A stretch of 14,139 nucleotides of DNA. It comes from Candidatus Anstonellales archaeon. Its GTDB lineage: Archaea; Micrarchaeota; Micrarchaeia; Anstonellales; J096. The translations under genes were made by a program, and so were the position numbers. Positions 8,458 through 14,139 of this stretch are shown one piece after another. The number at the start of each line of letters is the position of its first letter. Position 1 is the first letter of the stretch. The notes under the pieces are model-generated. The model ran no database searches and was not told where the DNA came from. It was given only the letters and a program-made list of their open reading frames with translations. The stretch covers positions 1 to 14,139 of the forward strand of contig JAVYLQ010000012.1 of assembly GCA_038740615.1 (NCBI GenBank), written 5' to 3'.

Positions 8458-8775
8458 TTAGCATTGAACACTTAGATTTGTTGATAATAGTCCTAATATT
8501 GTTGGACCTATTACATATACTATTGCTGCAAGTACTCCTGTTACTAGTGCTGCACCTGCAAATTGCCCTACTCTTGCCTTCTGTTCAGATGGTAGTACTT
8601 GAGATATACCATAGAGGAGTGCTGCAAAGATTACTGCTAAGAAAACTACTAGAGGCAATATATTACATAAGAATTGTTTTACTGCGTCTGTTGTACTTTG
8701 TACTTGGCTGAAACCAGTACCTAATGCTAAAGTAACTACTAGCAAAGCTCCTAACAAGAGAGATGCGCTGTTCAT
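8458..8775 (-). CDS. Small membrane protein with VirB2/TrbC (T4SS-type) pilin-like architecture
   Basis: 105 aa: hydrophobic signal-like N-terminus, an amphipathic segment, then two hydrophobic helices joined by a short charged loop (PSEQKARV). Cys in 'FLC' and at the C-terminus. ATG is 27.5 bp from the shared TATA. The gene call is firm; the pilin assignment is inference. Confidence 0.6.
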   Translation of the reverse strand: MNSASLLLGALLVVTLALGTGFSQVQSTTDAVKQFLCNILPLVVFLAVIFAALLYGISQVLPSEQKARVGQFAGAALVTGVLAAIVYVIGPTILGLLSTNLSVQC

Positions 8776-8799
8776 AGTATTATATTAAATGTAACTATT

Positions 8800-8805
8800 T
8801 TTAAA
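8800..8805. promoter_or_regulatory. Palindromic TTTAAA TATA core shared by the pilin-like gene (minus) and pepA (plus)
   Basis: Centre at 8802.5, exactly 27.5 bp from both ATG 8775 and ATG 8830. Reads TTTAAATA on + and TTTAAAAA on -. Confidence 0.7.
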
Positions 8806-8829
8806 TATTTAGGTTAGTATATTAAAAAT

Positions 8830-10143
8830 ATGAGAATCGTTGAGGGAAAGGGAGGGTACAGATTGATCTTCAAAAAGGCTGAAAGAGAATCTTATAGAAT
8901 TGATGATATGAAGAAGAGAGTGGTAATATATTATAAAGATAAACCTCCAAAAACCATCAAACTTGCTAAGATTGTTTTCAATATAATGCGAGAAATAGAC
9001 GAGATATATGTATCTAAATCTAATTATTCTAAATATATTCTATATGCAGTAGCACTTGCTGATAGGGATTTTAGTTTAAAGAGTGAGAAGGAAGAAAAGA
9101 ATGAAAAAGTAATATATATCAAGGGAGTAGATTCAAAAAGGATCGCTGAAGATAGAGCTATGATAGATGCGGAGATATATGCTAGAGAGATAGCTAACAC
9201 ACCTCCAAATATAGCTACTCCAGAATGGATGGTGGAAAGAGCAAAGGAATTGGCAAAGAATTACAAGTTGGATATTGAAATCCTAGATAGGGAGAGAATG
9301 CAAGAATTAGGTATGAATATGTTTTTAGCTGTAAATCAAGGTAGTGATAAAGGCGCATATTTAGTGATTCTTAAATATATTCCAAAGAGACCAAAGATGA
9401 GAGTGGTTGTTGTGGGTAAAGGATTGTGTTTTGATACAGGTGGATTATCTCTTAAACCACCAAAGCACATGTATACAATGCATATGGATAAATCTGGGGC
9501 AGCAGTGGTGATGGGTGTTATAAAAGGTGTAGCAGAACTGAAACCTAACATCGAAGTATGGGGGGTATTAGCTCTAACTGAGAATTCTGCGGATGCACAT
9601 TCCATTCAACCTGGAGCTGTGGTAAAAGCCTATAACGGTAAAACTGTGGAGATTCCTCATACAGATGCTGAGGGGAGGTTAGTTCTAGGTGACACACTCG
9701 CATATCTTTACAAGAACTACAAGTTTGATTATGCAATTACAGTAGCTACTCTTACAGGAGCTGCTAATATTGCTCTAGGTAGATATGTCACTGCTCTGCT
9801 AGGGAATAACATCAGATTAATTCAACATATAATAAGAGCTGGTGATACTGAGGGAGAAAAGCTATGGAATTTGCCCCTATTTCCAGAGTATGGTGAGCTC
9901 ATACGATCATCGATAGCTGATATTCGAAATATAGGTGGTTGGGAGGGTGAGGCTGGAACTATAGTTGGTGCAAAGTTTATAGAGAACTTTGTTGATGGGA
10001 AGAATTGGGCTCATCTAGATATAGCTTCTAGAATGATTGATCATGAATTCCATAAGGAGGTAGCTAGAGCACCTAATACTAGGACTCTTATAAGATTAGT
10101 GCTAGAATTGGATAAATCTAGGAAGTATACGAAGAGAAAATAG
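8830..10143 (+). CDS. pepA: Leucyl aminopeptidase, peptidase family M17
   Basis: REIANTPPN..TP, GKGLCFDTGGLSLKP, MHMDKSGAA, HTDAEGRLVLGD, ATLTGA..IALG and WAHLDIA. The N-terminal domain is short. Confidence 0.94.
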   Translation: MRIVEGKGGYRLIFKKAERESYRIDDMKKRVVIYYKDKPPKTIKLAKIVFNIMREIDEIYVSKSNYSKYILYAVALADRDFSLKSEKEEKNEKVIYIKGVDSKRIAEDRAMIDAEIYAREIANTPPNIATPEWMVERAKELAKNYKLDIEILDRERMQELGMNMFLAVNQGSDKGAYLVILKYIPKRPKMRVVVVGKGLCFDTGGLSLKPPKHMYTMHMDKSGAAVVMGVIKGVAELKPNIEVWGVLALTENSADAHSIQPGAVVKAYNGKTVEIPHTDAEGRLVLGDTLAYLYKNYKFDYAITVATLTGAANIALGRYVTALLGNNIRLIQHIIRAGDTEGEKLWNLPLFPEYGELIRSSIADIRNIGGWEGEAGTIVGAKFIENFVDGKNWAHLDIASRMIDHEFHKEVARAPNTRTLIRLVLELDKSRKYTKRK

Positions 10144-11247
10144 TAAGTATATTAAAAAGGTTATGATAGAATAGTGGAATAGGGTGTTTGAATAGCTTGT
10201 AAAAGGTTCTGAACTATCCAATCCAAAAATCAACATAATTAAGTATATCATAGTGGAAATGAACTCTAAGACAACCAGCGGTTTTTTATAATCTAGAGCA
10301 ACTAAGATATTCCTTATTGCTATTGTAAAGCTTATCATAGAGAAGGCTATCACCAGGTTGAAATAATTGCTCATCATTCTCATATCTATTTGTATTAGCG
10401 TGTTATAAATGATAAAAAGCATTATGATAGTAATGTAAAATAAGGCCATTGGTAATGAAAAATGAAGAATTAGATTATTAATCTTTATTCTAGAGAATTT
10501 TCTGAGATCTTGTAATAGAAATGGAAAAGTAATCCCGTAGAATATTCCAGAGACATATTTTAAGTAATTTGTAATATAGTTTATATTTGTAAAACTGTAT
10601 TCATCAAATCCTTTAACATCCTTCATAATGATGTTGTCAATATTATGTAGCAGAGTTCCAAATATACTATCAATAAACATCCCTAAGTTTTTAATATCCA
10701 CCTTGGGTGATAGTAAGGAATCTGGCAGTAGTATTTTAAGATTTATAATACTGAATGTTAAGATAGCTAGTAAGGACGATAACCAGAGAAAATTATCGAG
10801 ATTGAACTGACCTAGAAATATTAATATCACAGCAACTACTGTCCTTATCACTCTTGGCAATACTATCGAGATTATTCTTTTGGGATGCATAATGATAGAT
10901 AGAAGGTTATTTGTATAATCTATTATATGCCATACTATGAAATTGAACATTAAGGATAGCGGAGAGGATGCAATAATCGATGTTGTAAGGCTTACTATTA
11001 TACTGAATATATATATAACACCAACATATCCTCTAATCATGTGCTCAGGTTGATGCGATAGTGCTATTTCTCTTGCCACTTTGGAAAAATATAGATTTGT
11101 TAGCAGAGATAGAATTGTATAGATACTTAATGAGTAAAAATAAGTTGCCATCTCTTGAACACTTAAGAATTTAATCATGAGTAGGGTTGTTATGAATAGG
11201 AATCCATTTGATGCCATAGTTATTATATTATATAAGACATCTCTCAT
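10102..11247 (-). CDS. Polytopic membrane protein, probable Wzx/MOP-superfamily oligosaccharide flippase
   Basis: Roughly 10-12 hydrophobic segments. 'KFLSVQEMATY' resembles the flippase 'R.L...E.G.Y' pattern, and 'HNIDNIIM' and 'ITFPFL' match flippase-like positions. Convergent 42-nt overlap with pepA. Confidence 0.6.
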   Translation of the reverse strand: MRDVLYNIITMASNGFLFITTLLMIKFLSVQEMATYFYSLSIYTILSLLTNLYFSKVAREIALSHQPEHMIRGYVGVIYIFSIIVSLTTSIIASSPLSLMFNFIVWHIIDYTNNLLSIIMHPKRIISIVLPRVIRTVVAVILIFLGQFNLDNFLWLSSLLAILTFSIINLKILLPDSLLSPKVDIKNLGMFIDSIFGTLLHNIDNIIMKDVKGFDEYSFTNINYITNYLKYVSGIFYGITFPFLLQDLRKFSRIKINNLILHFSLPMALFYITIIMLFIIYNTLIQIDMRMMSNYFNLVIAFSMISFTIAIRNILVALDYKKPLVVLEFISTMIYLIMLIFGLDSSEPFTSYSNTLFHYSIITFLIYLLFSLRILPRFIQF

Positions 11248-11270
11248 CTGAACTATTATGGAGGATAATT

Positions 11271-11276
11271 TTTAAA
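11271..11276. promoter_or_regulatory. Palindromic TTTAAA TATA core shared by the flippase-like gene (minus) and htpX (plus)
   Basis: Centre at 11273.5, exactly 26.5 bp from both ATG 11247 and ATG 11300. Confidence 0.7.
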
Positions 11277-11299
11277 TAATTTTGATTTAAATAAAAAAC

Positions 11300-12301
11300 A
11301 TGATAATCAAACCAAAACCTCTCATCTCCCCGATTGTAAAAAATACTATATTAACATTAGTAATACTAATTTTCCCTCTAATTATAATGCTCTTTGTGTC
11401 GTTAGTATTTTTTAGAGTAACAGATTTGATAGTTCTTGTTGGGTATATTCTGGTATTTGCGATAATAGAGATAGGATTCCTATTCCTGTCTAAAGATATT
11501 ATCATGAGAGTACTGGGTGCCAGGAGAATTCAGACTGGATGGATAGTTGATATGGTAAGAGATGTTGCTTCAAAGGCCAATTTACCAATGCCAGAGGTAT
11601 ATATTATTCCCGATCTAACACCTAACGCATTTGCTGTAGGAATATCTCCAAGTAGATCTGCAATAGGAATAAATAGCGGCTTAGTGGATCTTCTGCAGCC
11701 TAATGAAATAAGGGGGGTTATTGCACATGAAGTAGCGCATATAAAAAATAGAGATACTCTAATAATGACAGTTGCAGTTATATTTTTCAATTCGTTAGGA
11801 TCGATTATGGATTACTTTGGTAGAGTGATCATGTTCTCAGCTAGTAACAGTAGGAATAGTGGACAATTAGTGCTGATTGGTGCAGCAATATGGATTTTCT
11901 CATTGATATTTAGATTGATTCTCGCTCCTATAATTCTATTGGCATTATCCAGAACGAGGGAATATGTAGCTGATGAAACTGGTGCTAGGCTCATAAGAGA
12001 TCCAATCTCACTTGCAGATGCTCTTATAAAAATACACAATTTCTATTATAATATAGACTTTTCTCTTTACGAATCTGCAGAGCCTATAAAGAAATCTATA
12101 AGTATGATGTATATAGGTAGCATCAAACCTAAAAAAACAGGTTTTTGGGAAGAATTGTTTTCTACCCACCCTCCAGTAGAGAAGAGAGTTGAGAGATTGA
12201 CAGAACTAGCAAAGGAATTGGGGGTTATTAATTTAAAAAAAAGCAACAATAGAACTAAAAAAATTAGTAACAATAGAACTAATAGAGGGGATGTGGGGTA
12301 A
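11300..12301 (+). CDS. htpX: Membrane zinc metalloprotease HtpX (M48)
   Basis: PEVYII...PNAFAVG, EIRGVIAHEVAHIKNRD (HExxH), SRTREYVADETGA, LADALIKI and FSTHPPVEKRVERL, with 4 transmembrane segments. The low-complexity C-terminal tail overlaps the tRNA. Confidence 0.94.
   Translation: MIIKPKPLISPIVKNTILTLVILIFPLIIMLFVSLVFFRVTDLIVLVGYILVFAIIEIGFLFLSKDIIMRVLGARRIQTGWIVDMVRDVASKANLPMPEVYIIPDLTPNAFAVGISPSRSAIGINSGLVDLLQPNEIRGVIAHEVAHIKNRDTLIMTVAVIFFNSLGSIMDYFGRVIMFSASNSRNSGQLVLIGAAIWIFSLIFRLILAPIILLALSRTREYVADETGARLIRDPISLADALIKIHNFYYNIDFSLYESAEPIKKSISMMYIGSIKPKKTGFWEELFSTHPPVEKRVERLTELAKELGVINLKKSNNRTKKISNNRTNRGDVG
12232..12239 (+). promoter_or_regulatory. Candidate TATA box for tRNA-Pro, inside the htpX 3' end
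   Basis: TTTAAAAA, the same core as the other promoters here. It predicts a TSS near 12261. Confidence 0.45.
12242..12282 (+). repeat. Imperfect direct repeat with 24-bp period (AGYAACAATAGAACTAA x2)
   Basis: 12242-12258 agcaacaatagaactaa vs 12266-12282 agtaacaatagaactaa, 16/17 identical. Encodes SNNRT twice. Confidence 0.85.
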
Positions 12302-12360
12302 CCTGGTTAGCCTGCGGGCTTTGGGAGCCCGAGATCCCGGTTCAAATCCGGGCATCCCCA
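12287..12360 (+). tRNA. tRNA-Pro (anticodon UGG), intron-less, CCA not encoded
   Basis: Acceptor GGGGATG/CATCCCC; D stem GGGT/GCCT; anticodon stem CGGGC/GCCCG with loop TT-TGG-GA (anticodon 12322-12324); T stem CCCGG/CCGGG with loop TTCAAAT; discriminator A12360. Confidence 0.97.
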
Positions 12361-12368
12361 TTTTAAAG
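12361..12368 (+). promoter_or_regulatory. TTTTAAAG: TATA box for the 12391 gene, overlapping the T-tract right after the tRNA
   Basis: TTTAAA centre 12364.5 is 26.5 bp upstream of ATG 12391. Confidence 0.55.
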
Positions 12369-12390
12369 ATTTTGCGCATATAGTAAAAAC

Positions 12391-12966
12391 ATGGCTAGCA
12401 AATACTTGGCTTATGTATTGATAGGTTTAACATTAGCCACTCCTATCAACACTACTATAGCTCAACGATCTACTCAGATAGAAACTCAATATGAAGAACG
12501 ACTGTTTCTAAATAGGGTCTCTCCAAAAGATCTCAATCGTGAAAATCTAAGGACTCTGGCACCTATAATAGAGAACAAAGCCAAATGGATGGAAGTTCTG
12601 AAAGGAAATTATTACATTAATACATTATGTAGGATAATATTGTATCATCCATCTAATCAGGACAGTTATACAATAGATATAGTGAATCATCGTCTTAGAG
12701 TATATTTAAATAACCGTCAAAATATTAATTATCTATTGGCAAATGGTATAATTGATTACATAATAGCTGAATTTAGATTAGATAGAAATATTATTAACCC
12801 AAAAGCTTTGAATCTATTGCGAAATGAATTTGCAAAAAGGATTGATTACAAATTGCCTAATAGAGCTATTGATGAGAGCGGACTCAGAATAGATCCTACG
12901 ATGTTTAGGTCTGCATTTAATCAGGCTACCGAAGTAGTAAGACAGAGATTTAAACTAGAGTATTGA
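12391..12966 (+). CDS. Hypothetical exported protein
   Basis: 191-aa ORF with a signal-peptide-like N-terminus (MASKYLAYVLIGLTLA) and a TATA at canonical spacing. No motif recognised. Confidence 0.72.
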   Translation: MASKYLAYVLIGLTLATPINTTIAQRSTQIETQYEERLFLNRVSPKDLNRENLRTLAPIIENKAKWMEVLKGNYYINTLCRIILYHPSNQDSYTIDIVNHRLRVYLNNRQNINYLLANGIIDYIIAEFRLDRNIINPKALNLLRNEFAKRIDYKLPNRAIDESGLRIDPTMFRSAFNQATEVVRQRFKLEY

Positions 12967-13363
12967 AACAGATTTTGCTAATATTGATATTTACGTACTT
13001 AGAGATTTCGCAGTAGATGATATCAGGTGGGATATATTCATATGAGTATACCTCGTATTTAATCATTTGCCAGCAATCTTGATTTTGATTATATATATAA
13101 GACAATCCTAGACTAGAATTCTGATATATTAGAATATTCTGATTAGACATATTTATCAAAACCTTATCCGGATCAATATAAATATGATAATCTGAAGAAT
13201 AACATTTCACAGGTAGTTGTAATTGTTTTACAGTTTTCATAAATTCAACTATACTCACTTCCATCTCTGAATCTGCTTTAGGTATATTGTGTATTTGATT
13301 CTCAGATTGAATACATCCGGCTAGAACTATTATTATAATCAAAATATTATATTTTACTCTCAT
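12950..13363 (-). CDS. Putative archaeal lipoprotein
   Basis: MRVKYNILIIIIVLAGC: basic n-region, hydrophobic stretch, lipobox LAGC (Cys17). Four further Cys in the mature part. Confidence 0.72.
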   Translation of the reverse strand: MRVKYNILIIIIVLAGCIQSENQIHNIPKADSEMEVSIVEFMKTVKQLQLPVKCYSSDYHIYIDPDKVLINMSNQNILIYQNSSLGLSYIYNQNQDCWQMIKYEVYSYEYIPPDIIYCEISKYVNINISKICFNTLV

Positions 13364-14139
13364 TTTTACCCAGAGTTAAATACCATTTGATTCTTATTCT
13401 TACATAACTTGGAGGAGAGGTGATATCTACTATACCCTGATCGTCAGTAATATATTTGGAATCATTAATTATTACCGCAGTTCTTCTTATAGGAGATCCT
13501 AAAATATTTGTAACTCTGATTATTAGTCTATCCTTATCATGCTTTTTCACATCTACTTTTGCAACTCTTAACAATAACAGCAACAGTGCAGGGATATATA
13601 TCAATCCAGAGATAGATGGTATGGATAATAGTTGATTACTTGAAACAACATAGGCTTTGGTATTTGGACCAGGATATTTAATATCTCCTTCTATTACATA
13701 ATACTCATATACCCCTTCTTCCTGGTATACAAACACCCCATAACCTTGTTCATCTGTAACTAATCTATAGATCTTACCAGTAGGAGATATTATGTAAACT
13801 ATCCCTCTGTAAGGACTACCATTTATATCTAACACTCTAATTATCCCAGTGGTGTTAATCGGTATCTCATCAGGAACAGTGAATGTATAGTTCTTGAAAT
13901 ATCTAGGAGAATAGGGTTCATATATTTCTTGCTTTATAGTGTAATTTACTTTTGAGCTAACATTAGAAATCTCTCCTCTCTTAATGAGCTCTTCCAATTT
14001 TTGTCTATATACTATTTCTTCAGAACATTCTGATACTAAAACACTTAACTTTCTTGAACTATTATAGTCAGGATGAACGGCCCTAATAGAGTATATCCCA
14101 GATTGTTCAAATATAATATTTATTTTACCATGCCTGGTC
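13347..14139 (-). CDS. Membrane-anchored surface protein with carboxypeptidase-regulatory-like/Ig-like beta repeats; 5' end outside the window
   Basis: The frame stays open upstream of the track's TTG 13997 to the window edge (TRHGKINIIFEQSGIYSIRAVHPDYNSSRKLSVLVSECSEEIVYRQKLEELIK). Recurring T(D)xxG...F...G.Y pattern (TRHGK, TDEQGY, TDDQGI) and one TM helix GLIYIPALLLLLLR. Confidence 0.72.
   Translation of the reverse strand, partial: TRHGKINIIFEQSGIYSIRAVHPDYNSSRKLSVLVSECSEEIVYRQKLEELIKRGEISNVSSKVNYTIKQEIYEPYSPRYFKNYTFTVPDEIPINTTGIIRVLDINGSPYRGIVYIISPTGKIYRLVTDEQGYGVFVYQEEGVYEYYVIEGDIKYPGPNTKAYVVSSNQLLSIPSISGLIYIPALLLLLLRVAKVDVKKHDKDRLIIRVTNILGSPIRRTAVIINDSKYITDDQGIVDITSPPSYVRIRIKWYLTLGKNESKI

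Noticed and set aside
8431..8711. Possible frameshift at the A7 run (8431-8437) continuing AlaRS into ORF 8478-8711 as the missing C-Ala
   Set aside because: That ORF is a Leu-rich antisense shadow of the pilin-like gene with no GGG/DHHA1 features.
8776..8829. TATATTAAA occurring twice (8781-8789 and 8818-8826) as a possible operator or alternative TATA
   Set aside because: Very AT-rich context makes chance likely, and the spacing to either start codon does not fit a TATA box.
11260..11264. GGAGG as a Shine-Dalgarno site for htpX
   Set aside because: It is about 35 nt upstream of the ATG and upstream of the TATA box, in the BRE region.
9336..12273. Short ORFs antisense to pepA, the flippase-like gene and htpX
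   Set aside because: They overlap well-supported genes on the opposite strand and have no independent signals.
12242..12286. Repeat as a mini-CRISPR array
   Set aside because: Only two 17-bp copies 7 nt apart, no spacer-sized interval and no cas genes.
13995..13997. TTG start given by the ORF track for the last gene
   Set aside because: The frame stays open with repeat-like sequence to the window edge, so the true start lies outside.
12287..14139. Integrated element at tRNA-Pro
   Set aside because: No integrase, no duplicated tRNA end and no viral or plasmid hallmark genes in the window. It cannot be excluded beyond the edge.

Overview
AT-rich, very compact archaeal chromosomal segment. 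The archaeal call rests on a proteasome beta subunit, an archaeal-type AlaRS, a GAN/Cdc45-type RecJ, a tRNA-Pro with G1:C72, and TATA-box promoters. The trimmed proteins, gene overlaps and small membrane proteins suggest a DPANN-like lineage, but that is inference. Left part: a minus-strand, tightly coupled unit marC-like > Lhr helicase > metallophosphoesterase > DHH/RecJ (GAN-like). The last gene is missing from the ORF track because it runs off the window. Middle: proteasome beta subunit, an orphan ORF, an AlaRS lacking its C-Ala domain, a stand-alone VirB2/TrbC-like pilin candidate, an M17 leucyl aminopeptidase, a flippase-like membrane protein and HtpX. The HtpX reading frame runs into a tRNA-Pro(UGG) gene. 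Right part: a secreted orphan, a lipoprotein and a partial surface protein with Ig-like repeats. The clearest non-coding signal is that all three divergent gene pairs are separated by 52-54 bp with one palindromic TTTAAA at the centre, 26.5-27.5 bp from both start codons. This implies shared bidirectional TATA boxes and leaderless mRNAs. I saw no CRISPR array, transposase or integrase.
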